From an uncultured virus (IMG/VR IMGVR_UViG_3300001765_000069) (Duplodnaviria; Heunggongvirae; Uroviricota; Caudoviricetes): a DNA stretch of 20,000 nt. Positions 1 through 8,700 of this stretch are shown in pieces. Position numbers and translations under genes: made by a program. The stretch is from IMG/VR virus record IMGVR_UViG_3300001765_000069; one strand, 5' to 3'. Each line of letters opens with the position of its first letter. The first letter of the stretch is position 1. Below the pieces are notes generated by a model. It was not told the DNA's origin and did no database searches. It saw nothing but the letters and a program-made list of their open reading frames with translations.

Positions 1-753
1 GGTGAAACGATGGAGACGGAAACTGCGATTGCTGAACGGTACGTGTCTGTAGCCTTGACCAAGCAGGAGCGCAACGGTGATGCGGGCCAGAAAGCGTTCA
101 ACTATTGCATGCGAAATCGGGCCATCTTTGCCAAGGTGGGCAAGACACTGGTGAGCGATGCACTGGTGCTTGACATGGACGAGGTTTACGACGAGATCGA
201 GGCCAATGAGGCCACGGTGGGCGCGTTGATACCTGGCAGGTCAACTGATGAGTCTCGTCGCATCTTCAACTATGCCGTGATGATGTTTGGGCTGGACCGC
301 TTCCTGAGGGTCGTGGATACCGCATTTCCCGGCGAATACACCGAGGTGATCGATACCTTGAAGGATGCTGTATTAGCCAACATCGCTTCTGAGTTGCCAA
401 GGAACATGTCGGAGTCCAGCAAGGTACTTGACACTATTGCCTTCCTGACAAAGAAGGAAACGGACGACGACTACCGCTTGATCTTCGGCACCGATTACAC
501 GGTGATGGCCAATGCTGCGGACCTCAAGTTGCAGAATTGCTTCAACAAGTATTTGCGTTACAGCAAGGCTCACGGTCAGGCCCCGTTGTTCCCCAGCTAC
601 GATCGGTTTGTGGCGGCGATGCGCAAGCATCCGGCTATCGTCGACACGATCTGCATGGACAACGAGGCATTGAAGGACTCCTCAAGGGTTGACGTGTTCC
701 GGTTCGATACCGACGCGCTCGACACAGAAGGGGTGGATGTTTTCAGAAGCTAG
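1..753 (+). CDS. C-terminal part of a large phage replication protein, probably primase/helicase (5' truncated by the window)
   Basis: Frame is open from base 1 (GGT GAA ACG ATG) to TAG at 751-753. No diagnostic motif in this fragment; the function is inferred only from its position in a replication module otherwise lacking primase/helicase. Confidence 0.4.
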   Translation, partial: GETMETETAIAERYVSVALTKQERNGDAGQKAFNYCMRNRAIFAKVGKTLVSDALVLDMDEVYDEIEANEATVGALIPGRSTDESRRIFNYAVMMFGLDRFLRVVDTAFPGEYTEVIDTLKDAVLANIASELPRNMSESSKVLDTIAFLTKKETDDDYRLIFGTDYTVMANAADLKLQNCFNKYLRYSKAHGQAPLFPSYDRFVAAMRKHPAIVDTICMDNEALKDSSRVDVFRFDTDALDTEGVDVFRS

Positions 754-768
754 CCTATAAAGGAGTAG

Positions 769-858
769 ATGATGAAAAAAATGTTGACGTTTATGAACAT
801 AGTGACTAATATTACTGCTCGTGCTGCAGAACAGCATGAATCAAACCCGAACCCTTAA
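769..858 (+). CDS. Putative 28-29 aa small ORF (MMKKMLTFMNIVTNITARAAEQHESNPNP)
   Basis: AAGGAG at 760-765, ATGs at 769 and 772; its TAA (856-858) overlaps the TAAGGAG RBS of the next gene. Below the ORF-track cutoff. Confidence 0.35.
   Translation: MMKKMLTFMNIVTNITARAAEQHESNPNP
784..812 (+). promoter_or_regulatory. Sigma70-type promoter
   Basis: TTGACG (784-789), 17-nt spacer, TAATAT (807-812), preceded by an A tract (775-781). Confidence 0.75.
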
Positions 859-869
859 GGAGTATCAAA

Positions 870-1604
870 ATGGCACTGAGAAACGCTGAATCCGAAACCT
901 TTGAAAACGTAGCCACTGCAACTGCAGAGACCAAGGCTGCACCCAAGATTGAACCTGAAATTAGTAACAGCAAACCTGGCTCTGCTGTAGCCGCTGCCGC
1001 GAAGACGGCCATCGGTGCGGCAATGAAGTTCAAGCCGGCCCTGTCCAGTTACGAGAACGTGATCGACGCATCCGACCTGTTTGGTGTGTTCCCAAAGATC
1101 ATCGTCAACCTGGGCGGCTTCAAGATCGACGAGAACCGTCCGGAAGGCATGACTGACAAGCTCGGCCCCAGCATCACCATCAACATGGCGAGTTGGAACA
1201 AGCGTTGGCTGGCAAGTCCCGGTAGCGATGATGCTGAAGCCAAGAAGTTCGTCAAGTATTCCAACGACGGCAAGGTCATCGCTGAAGATGGCTCCTCATT
1301 GGCCGATTACGTGGCCCACCTGAAGGAAGTCGAGGGCTTCAAGAACGCGTCGATCAAGGAATACTTCGCGATCTGGGGCTTCATGACGGCCTACGGCACC
1401 ACCGAGATCCCTCAGGTCGACCAGTGCATGGTCGAACTGCAGTGCAGCCCGCAGACGGTCGGCCAGTTCAAGCGTCACATGATCGAGCACGGCATGAAGG
1501 TGTCGCAAGGTCTGATGACCGAGTCCAGCGTGCTGAAGTGCCATGCCAAGCAGGGCAGCTTCAACTCCAAGGACTTTGGCTACGCCAGCTTCACTGCCGG
1601 TTAA
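870..1604 (+). CDS. Conserved phage replication-module protein, possibly ssDNA-binding
   Basis: 244 aa, strong RBS TAAGGAG, own promoter and terminator, biased codon usage, Ala/Thr/Glu/Lys-rich N-terminus. SSB role is inferred from context only. Confidence 0.45.
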   Translation: MALRNAESETFENVATATAETKAAPKIEPEISNSKPGSAVAAAAKTAIGAAMKFKPALSSYENVIDASDLFGVFPKIIVNLGGFKIDENRPEGMTDKLGPSITINMASWNKRWLASPGSDDAEAKKFVKYSNDGKVIAEDGSSLADYVAHLKEVEGFKNASIKEYFAIWGFMTAYGTTEIPQVDQCMVELQCSPQTVGQFKRHMIEHGMKVSQGLMTESSVLKCHAKQGSFNSKDFGYASFTAG

Positions 1605-1637
1605 CGAACCTCCCTGCTGGCTGCAATGCCAGCTTTT

Positions 1638-1663
1638 GACTCCACTTCGGTGGAGTCCTTTTT
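1638..1663 (+). terminator. Rho-independent terminator
   Basis: GACTCCAC-TTCG-GTGGAGTC perfect 8-bp stem with UUCG tetraloop, followed by CTTTTT. A second hairpin GCTGGC-TGCAAT-GCCAGC-TTTT lies at 1616-1637. Confidence 0.85.
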
Positions 1664-1707
1664 CGGTCAGGTTCAAACGAGCCTGCCAGACAAAGGAAGT
1701 TCCAACA

Positions 1708-2310
1708 ATGGCAGTAAGGTCACACGGGATGTCCGGGACACCAACTTATAGATCATGGGAAGCCATGGTCAGAAGGTGCAGTGTAGAAAAGGATCCGTCG
1801 TATGAGAATTACGGCGGACGCGGAATAACTGTATGTGAGAACTGGCTGTCGTTTGAAGGATTTTTCAAGGATATGGGATTGTGCCCACCTGGGCTCACCA
1901 TTGACAGGTTGGACCCAAGCGGCCCGTATGCTCCGAATAACTGCAGGTGGGCAACCAGGCTGCAGCAAGGTGAAAACAGACGTGGTCACAAGTTTTTAGA
2001 GACTGCGATAGGGCCGGTGTTCCAAGCAGAAGCTGCACGGCTGAATGGCCTTAGTCCGGGAACGCTGCACGCTCGGATAAAGGCTGGATGGACGGATGCC
2101 GAGGCGACTACTGCAAAGCTTGGACACAAGCGGGATCTAGCCAGGAGTTGTGTATCTGACAAATTGATTAATTTTGGTGGAGTGGAACTCCACCAAGCTG
2201 AAATGGCGAGGTTGCATGGGTTGTCCCCGGCAACTCTACATGCCAGATTAAAGCTTGGATGGAGTGAGGAGAAGGCTTTGACAACCCCAGCAAGAGGTAA
2301 GATATCTTGA
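1708..2310 (+). CDS. Phage HNH-type (homing) endonuclease with duplicated C-terminal HTH-like repeats
   Basis: Motifs TYRSWEAMVRRC, YGGRGITVC, TIDRLD-x3-PYAPNNCRWAT; repeats AEAARLNGLSPGTLHARIKAGW and AEMARLHGLSPATLHARLKLGW. Start set at ATG 1708 after AAAGGAAG. Confidence 0.8.
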   Translation: MAVRSHGMSGTPTYRSWEAMVRRCSVEKDPSYENYGGRGITVCENWLSFEGFFKDMGLCPPGLTIDRLDPSGPYAPNNCRWATRLQQGENRRGHKFLETAIGPVFQAEAARLNGLSPGTLHARIKAGWTDAEATTAKLGHKRDLARSCVSDKLINFGGVELHQAEMARLHGLSPATLHARLKLGWSEEKALTTPARGKIS

Positions 2311-2657
2311 AAGAAATGATAAAGCCAGTGAGAAAGCTTATGGAAGCTTCTGGTCAGACATACCCCGATGAATCCACTTCAGCCTTGTACATGAAGCTGA
2401 TTGACGAAGAGTACAAGGAACTGAAGGATGCGACGAGCGACGTCGAGAGACTTGACGCGGTTTGTGACCTTATGTGGGTCGCTGTAGGTTATGCCATTGC
2501 CAATGGTTGGCTGATCCGCACGGCATGGGACGAGGTTGCTCGATCCAACATGTCAAAGCTTGACCCGGAGACCGGCAAGATGTTGCGACGTGATGACGGC
2601 AAGTACTTGAAAGGTCCAAACTACTCGGCTCCAGACTTGAAGAAGTTTCTGGCATGA
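2307..2657 (+). CDS. MazG-like all-alpha NTP pyrophosphohydrolase (DR2231/dUTPase-like)
   Basis: LIDEEYKEL, DAVCDLMWV, EVARSNMSKL and RRDDGKYLKGPNY motifs. Confidence 0.85.
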   Translation: MKEMIKPVRKLMEASGQTYPDESTSALYMKLIDEEYKELKDATSDVERLDAVCDLMWVAVGYAIANGWLIRTAWDEVARSNMSKLDPETGKMLRRDDGKYLKGPNYSAPDLKKFLA

Positions 2658-3346
2658 GATTCTTTTTCCTTGACACTGAAACCACAGGGTTCGGGCCTCA
2701 GTCCGCGATCTGTGAGATTGCCTGGGTTGAGACCGACGATCAACTGAACATCGTTGATCGCGTTCACAGCCTGATAGATCCGCAGATGCCGATCAGTGCC
2801 GGGGCCTCTGGCGTGCACGGCATCACCAACGAAGACGTTGCTGATGCGCCTACCCTTGATGAATTCCTAACCATTGTGAAGCCCGGTGCTTTCGATGGAG
2901 AAATTGTTGTCGTAGCCCACAACGCTGCGTTCGACATGAAGTACGTTGGTCCGCTAGTCAGTTCACTCGCAGGCGTGATCTGCACGCTGAAGGTTGCTCG
3001 AAGGGTCTATCCCAACAACGAGGACCACAAGCTGCAGACACTGCGCTATGAATTGAATCTGAAGGTAGCGGGCGCCAACGCGCACTCTGCGGCCGGAGAT
3101 GTCGAGGTCTTGGTTGCCCTTGTTCAAAAGATGATGGCAGACACTGGCCTCGACCTTGAAGGTCTCATTGCACTCAGTAACAAACCGATGAAGCTTGTCA
3201 AGATGGCATTTGGCAAGCACAAAGGTGAGAAGCTGGAAGATTTACCCACTGAGTATGTCAACTGGCTGCTCACTCAAGCAAAGATTGATGACGATCTACG
3301 CGCCACCCTTGTTGAAATTTTTGTAACCCCTGGAGAAACTGCATGA
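2654..3346 (+). CDS. DEDDh 3'-5' exonuclease, exodeoxyribonuclease X-like, with C-terminal FGKHKG domain
   Basis: LDTETTG, AHNAAFD, AHSAAGDV; C-terminal MAFGKHKGEKLEDLPTEYVNWLL. Confidence 0.9.
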   Translation: MRFFFLDTETTGFGPQSAICEIAWVETDDQLNIVDRVHSLIDPQMPISAGASGVHGITNEDVADAPTLDEFLTIVKPGAFDGEIVVVAHNAAFDMKYVGPLVSSLAGVICTLKVARRVYPNNEDHKLQTLRYELNLKVAGANAHSAAGDVEVLVALVQKMMADTGLDLEGLIALSNKPMKLVKMAFGKHKGEKLEDLPTEYVNWLLTQAKIDDDLRATLVEIFVTPGETA

Positions 3347-3669
3347 AAATCGCTCAAATCGTCACCACTTCCGACGGCAAGAAATTTACCGGTGAAGACG
3401 CCCTGTCCAAAGGCCAAGCTCACGAGAATGCGCTGAAGCTGTCAGCCTTGTTCAACGCCTTTGCCGACCACGCTGGCATGAAAGATGGCAAGACCGGCCG
3501 TCGCAAGGTCAGCCTTGAAATGATCGCCGCCTGGGAAGCTGCCCGTAACGACGGCACTCTGGACAAGCTGCAAGAAGAACTGGAAGCCGCAGCTGTTGTC
3601 GCTGCTGCTGATGCCGAGGCCGCTGCTGATGCCGAGGCTGCTGCTGATGCCGAGGCTGCTGAGGCCTAA
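3343..3669 (+). CDS. Hypothetical phage protein with acidic Ala-rich repeat tail
   Basis: 108 aa, ATGA-coupled to the exonuclease, RBS GGAG; N-terminal TSDGKKF, C-terminal (AAADAE)x3. Confidence 0.75.
   Translation: MKIAQIVTTSDGKKFTGEDALSKGQAHENALKLSALFNAFADHAGMKDGKTGRRKVSLEMIAAWEAARNDGTLDKLQEELEAAAVVAAADAEAAADAEAAADAEAAEA
3601..3663 (+). repeat. 18-bp coding tandem repeat (GCYGCTGCTGATGCCGAG x3 plus partial copy)
   Basis: Directly visible; encodes AAADAE repeats. Confidence 0.9.
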
Positions 3670-3690
3670 GCTTCGAACCGCTCGACGAAC

Positions 3691-3716
3691 AGGCCAGCCT
3701 TACCGCTGGCCTTTCT
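3691..3716 (+). terminator. Probable intrinsic terminator/hairpin
   Basis: AGGCCAGC-CTTACC-GCTGGCCT 8-bp stem followed by a short TTCT tract. Confidence 0.55.
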
Positions 3717-3717
3717 C

Positions 3718-4707
3718 ATGGAGATTAGATTGGACACGCAGATAGCCCTCAAGATCGCGCTGCAGTGGATTGTGGCAAGGGTTGGTAAACCTGATCACGA
3801 CTTCAACGAGTTCACTACGGCAATACCATGCCCAGACCCGAGAATCCCACTTGACAAGTCCCACAGAATGCACGAGGTGCTTGCAGCCCTCCGTTACCCG
3901 TTAGGCGTGTCAGATGCCTACAAGTTGGCTGAGCACTACCGGCTGATTGTGTCGAGGTTCACAAGGCCCACTTGTGAGACCAGTGTCAACGTGCCTATGC
4001 AGATGACCAAGTACTTACCGATTTCTGCCTGGAGAGCTAAGTATCTGTTTGGAGATGGTGATGGCAGCGTAACTCGGCAACTTGCCGAGTTTGCTTATCG
4101 AACGGCGATAATGGCCAACGAACTGTACGGATGCCCACTGGTGTCCACAGATAAAGACTTCTACTCAACATGTGGAAATACCCCCACCTTCGGAGTAGAA
4201 TCCAAAAGTTTATTAGGCGTAAACGACTTTGAGATCGACATATTCAGCAAAGGGCCACCAGTGAGCAGTCAACCTAGCAGGCGGGTAGGCTATGCCCCAA
4301 TCCTCTGCCTCTACGATAGGGCCGAGGCCCTCGGCGAGCACGAGGTTTCATTTGCCATACAGTCAGCTGTCTGGCTGAATGAAAAATCGGCGTCAAAGCT
4401 GCAAACTGCCATGACAAGACTGTACCCAGATCAGTCTAGTCGGCCTCAAAGATCTTCACGTTCAGCTACGACTGCCTCTCCCGAGGCAGTCTGCAAGTTG
4501 CCTCAGGACGTCTACCGGAAGGGTTTGCACATACTCAACACGATGGACAACCCAAGACTGGAGCTGTATCAACTTCTTGTTCCGTCGCAGATCACGTCCA
4601 GGTATTACCGCTCAAACTTTGCTAACACCAGCCTTACCAGCCGCATTTCGGATGGCATGCGCCAGAAAATGCTTGATTCACTTAATCAGATGTACTCAGG
4701 AACATGA
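3718..4707 (+). CDS. Hypothetical protein, no family recognised (start may be TTG 3730)
   Basis: 329-codon ORF filling the gap between neighbours; GGAG at 3720-3723 fits a TTG start at 3730; codon usage less GC3-biased than core genes. Confidence 0.6.
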   Translation: MEIRLDTQIALKIALQWIVARVGKPDHDFNEFTTAIPCPDPRIPLDKSHRMHEVLAALRYPLGVSDAYKLAEHYRLIVSRFTRPTCETSVNVPMQMTKYLPISAWRAKYLFGDGDGSVTRQLAEFAYRTAIMANELYGCPLVSTDKDFYSTCGNTPTFGVESKSLLGVNDFEIDIFSKGPPVSSQPSRRVGYAPILCLYDRAEALGEHEVSFAIQSAVWLNEKSASKLQTAMTRLYPDQSSRPQRSSRSATTASPEAVCKLPQDVYRKGLHILNTMDNPRLELYQLLVPSQITSRYYRSNFANTSLTSRISDGMRQKMLDSLNQMYSGT

Positions 4708-4708
4708 C

Positions 4709-5266
4709 ATGCTAAAGAAAAAGAAACTCATAGGTATCACAGGCCGTGCAAAGTCTGGCAAGGACACGCTGGGCAAACACTTGATGATGCGCCATAACTT
4801 CCACCGTATGGCCTTTGCCGACCCGTTGAAAGATGCGATGGCGGCAATCTTTGGTGTGGCCGTGGAAGAGTTTCATTGCGAAAAGCTGAAGGACGAGATC
4901 GAACCGCACTGGGGCATCACTCGACGCTTCATGCTGCAGCACGGCGCTGATGCGCTACGGGCCAAGTTTGGCCAGGGACTGTTCGTTGATCGTTGGGTTC
5001 ACGGCTTCCTGAAGGTGGCCGACACCGACCACGTCGTCGTGACCGATGTCAGATACTCGGCCGAGGCTGAGGTAATCCGTTCCCTTGGCGGTGTCATCGT
5101 TGACATCCGGCGTGAAGAATCTGGCCTGCCAGGGCTGGCAGGTGAGCACAGTTCAGAGCAGGCCATCAACGCTTCTCTGATTGACCGCATCATCATCAAC
5201 AACAGTGCCAAGGAAGACTTGTATCAGTGGGTCGACCTTATGCTGTTTGAGGGGTTCGACAAGTGA
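4709..5266 (+). CDS. Deoxynucleoside monophosphate kinase (T4 gp1-like)
   Basis: IGITGRAKSGKDT P-loop, AFADPLK, RFMLQHG, VVTDVRY, HSSE, IIINN. Start set at ATG 4709 after AGGA. Confidence 0.9.
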   Translation: MLKKKKLIGITGRAKSGKDTLGKHLMMRHNFHRMAFADPLKDAMAAIFGVAVEEFHCEKLKDEIEPHWGITRRFMLQHGADALRAKFGQGLFVDRWVHGFLKVADTDHVVVTDVRYSAEAEVIRSLGGVIVDIRREESGLPGLAGEHSSEQAINASLIDRIIINNSAKEDLYQWVDLMLFEGFDK

Positions 5267-5538
5267 TCGAAGACCAGGAGCGCATGGCTGATCCGGTCGA
5301 CGTGGCGTCGGACGGAGAGCTTCGCAACACAGAAGAGCACATCCGCCGTCAGCGCATGCTGGCAGCACCTGAGCAGGAGCAGCAGACGGACACTTACGGT
5401 GGCAAGTATTGGCCAGTTACCGAGTGCCTAGACTGCGGAGATGACATCGAACCTGCCCGCTTGCAGATGGGCAAGGTTCGCTGCGTTGGCTGTCAGACTG
5501 CGAAGGAGCGCAGGATCAAACTTTATGGGGGCAGGTGA
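5263..5538 (+). CDS. TraR/DksA-family C4 zinc-finger protein
   Basis: DPVDVA (DxxDxA) tip motif; CLDCGDDIEPARL-x6-CVGCQ zinc finger. Confidence 0.85.
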   Translation: MIEDQERMADPVDVASDGELRNTEEHIRRQRMLAAPEQEQQTDTYGGKYWPVTECLDCGDDIEPARLQMGKVRCVGCQTAKERRIKLYGGR

Positions 5539-5741
5539 TGAGATTCAAGTTCAAGTCCCGCTCAGCGAGGACGGTAGCAGTCTGGTTCTACGCATTTGTG
5601 ATGGTTTTCATCACGATCGGAATTGTCGCTTGGAAAGTGACAGGGAACCTGATCAAGGTGATCTTTTACACTGGATGGGGTGCCGTGAATGGGTACTGCA
5701 CCTCAGTCGAAAAACTATATGAGGTGAATTACCATGATTAG
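5535..5741 (+). CDS. Small putative membrane protein
   Basis: Basic N-terminus then hydrophobic VAVWFYAFVMVFITIGIVAW; overlaps both neighbours. Confidence 0.6.
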   Translation: MMRFKFKSRSARTVAVWFYAFVMVFITIGIVAWKVTGNLIKVIFYTGWGAVNGYCTSVEKLYEVNYHD

Positions 5742-8700
5742 ACGTGCAATTGCAGACGTGTCCAGCATATGCTGGACTTCGCTTTTGGCAGGTAAGGATA
5801 AGGAAAACGGCATCAAGGTTGAGTTTGATGGCAAGGAAGTGTTGGTCAACTCGGCCACCTTTGGCTACGAGAATGCCATCAACTACGTGATGTCTGCCTT
5901 GAAGCAAATCAATGTCCAGCCGATTAACCTGATCCTGGTGGTTGAGGGCAAGAACAGCAAGTCGATGCGCCAGAGGTTGATAGAGGGCTACAAAGACACT
6001 CGCGACAGCCGCCCGCCTGAAGCCTACGAGCAGTTCAACATCTTGAAGGAACGCCTGGTTGAAGTCCTGCTCGCGATCGGCGCCAGCGCCGTGACCCAGG
6101 ATGGGCTGGAAGCAGACGACGTGATCGCCTATCTGGTGCAGAACCTCGATGGCGAGTGCTACATCATCTCGCGTGACGGAGACTTGCTGCAGCTGGTCGG
6201 CGGCGACATCCACATGCTGCGCAACAGTGAGATCGACCTGAACACCTACGGCCCGTTCCCGCACAAGTTTGTGCGCCTCTACAAAACGCTGGTCGGCAAG
6301 CAGGATGAGTCACCTGGTGCTTACAAGTTTGGTGAGAAAGCCTTCCTTGACCTCTACGCCATCTTCGGAGACAGCGGCTGCCAGGCGCTGGAAACCTTGA
6401 TCAAGCTGAAGAAGATCAAGGATCTCGCCGAGGATGTGCCGGAACTGAAGAGCCTGCAGCGCATCATCGATTCCGAGGAGATGGTCTACAAAAGCTATGC
6501 CGTGTCCTGCCTGTACCCGGAGAAGGTCAACACCATGCGGATGCCACTGCAGTGGCGCGTCGGCATGGTCAAGCCTCTGGCCGAGGTGACTGACGAGCGC
6601 CTGCAGCCTTACGCCGGCCGTGCCCGCCTGGTCCACGCTGGCAATTACGAGCAGGCCATCGTTTGGGCCGCGCCACTGATCCGTAAGTCGGCCGTTGTCT
6701 CACTCGATATCGAGACCTCCACGCCGTACGAATCGGACGTCTGGCTGGCCGATGCCAAGGGCTTGGACGTCGACAACGGCGCCGTGGACCTGGGCGTCGA
6801 CGTGTTCGGTAGCTTCCTAGTCAGCATGTCGCTGACCTTCGGCGAGAACAACCAGTACACCTTGTACTTCACCCACAAGCATGCGGAAACGGATAAGGTC
6901 AAGAATCTGACCAGTGCTCAGATGCGTCAGGCCGTGGAACTGGTGCCACAGGAAATCCCGCTGATCATCCAGAACGTGTCGTTCGAACTGACCGTGACGT
7001 ATCAGGAATGGCGCGAAGAGTGGAAGGACAACGGCTGGCATGGCTTCCTGCCTAATGTGCTTGACACGGCCATCATGTCCCACTACGTGAACGAGAACCG
7101 CGCCAAAGGCCTGAAGGACAACTCGAAGCTGTTGCTTAATTACGACCAGCAGACTTTTGACTCGGTGACACAGATCGAGGACTCGGTGGATCTACTGCCG
7201 CGTGGTGGCAGGTTGGTAAGCCAGATCATGGCCGAAGGTGCCGGCGCCATCCAGAAACGCCGCTACAAGATGGACGAACTCACCGCCGCGCACGTGTTTC
7301 ATTACGGCTGCGACGACACCATCTGCACCATCGCACTGCACAACCATTACCGCACGGTAATGGAACTGGAGAAGACGTGGGACGTGTTCGTTGAGGTCGA
7401 GCAGCTGCCGGCCTACCTGACGGCACTGGCCTACGTGCAGGGCGTGCCGATGAGCATGCAGCGCATGCTGGAACTGAAGACGGACGATGATGTTACCTAC
7501 GACAAGGCCTGGGGCACCGTGCGCCAGTTCCTGCTCGACAACAAGTGGGAAGGCACCGTGCGTCCCGAGTTTGTCTCGGCTGCCGAGTTCGACGCGCTTT
7601 ATCCTGATGAGGATGAGCGCAAGTTTCTGCTCACTTCAAAGTCAGACGGCAAACGCCTTGACGTTCGCCACCGTAGCATCGCCTGCCCCGCTCACATCAA
7701 GGAGGCTGTCAAACTCTATTCCGGCGTTGAACTTGAAAGCAGCGCCCGCAAGCCTGCGGCACTGGCCGGCGCCATCCTTGAGCAGGTGCCGGGTACAGGC
7801 GCCTTGGCTGCTGCCGTGGAGCACCAGGACGTAGTCACGCTGAACGCCTTGATCAAGTCTCGCTTCACCAGCGAGCCCGTGCTGGAACTGGACTCGCCGA
7901 AGAAGATGCAGCGCCTGCTCTACGACGTGATCGGCATCCCGCCGCGCCTCGTCAACAAGCTGACGCCGACCGAGCGTGAGAAGAACAAGCCGCTGGCCGA
8001 GGCCATGGGCAAGTACAACAAAATCCTCAACGGCAGTTCCAGCGCCGAGATGACGCAGGAGGATCTGGACCTGATCCGCGTCAAGGCAAAGACCGATGCG
8101 TTCGCCTTGAAGTGGGCCATAAAGTTCGACGCCACGCCGGAACAGCAGGATATCCTCAACGCCCTGCAGGCCATGGCCACGGTGTCGACGCGGCGCAGCC
8201 TGTACTACGGCCCGTATCGGTACGTGCGCCACTGGAAGGACGGCCTGATCCACGCCAATGCCAACCAGTGCGGCGCGGTAACCCGGCGTTACAGCTTCAG
8301 CAAGCCGAACTTCCAGCAGCTTCCGAAGAAGGGCGAGGGCGTGAAGTTCCGCGAGGTGGTCATCCCTCACGTGAAGGACGGCCTTGTAGCTTCTATCGAC
8401 TTCGTCGGTCAGGAACTGCGTCTGATGGCGGGCCAGTCTGGCGACAAGAACATGATGGACTGCTACGTCGGCCCTAAGCTGAAGGACATCCACTCGATCA
8501 CCGCGGCCGGCGCCATGGAAAAGAAGTGGCAGAAGGAGCAGCGTGCAGCCTACGCCGCAGCCTACGCCGACGGCATCGACAAGTCTGACCCTGACTACGA
8601 GTATGACTTGTTCCTGCGCTTGCGGAAGGCTGCTGACAAGGCCGTGGCCAAGGCTGCGGATGATCTGCGCAAGGACGCGAAGAACGTGAACTTCGCTGCT

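Noticed and set aside
769..858. Arbitrium-like signalling peptide (starts MKK)
   Set aside because: No hydrophobic signal core and no receptor gene nearby.
1610..1690. tRNA-like look (GGTTCAAA followed by CCA)
   Set aside because: No cloverleaf, acceptor stem or D-arm; better explained by terminator hairpins.
1543..1707. Long N-terminal extension of the HNH ORF in the ORF track
   Set aside because: Overlaps the upstream gene and crosses its terminator; ATG 1708 has a proper RBS.
2307..2657. MazZ of a 2-aminoadenine (Z-genome) pathway
   Set aside because: No purZ or datZ in the window; motifs fit the DR2231/dUTPase-like group.
3601..3663. CRISPR-like or iteron repeat
   Set aside because: No spacers; it is an in-frame coding repeat.
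7642..8493. 283-aa minus-strand ORF and other antisense ORFs inside polA, sbcD, sbcC, nrdB and thyX
   Set aside because: Fully overlap well-supported genes and are expected from codon bias.
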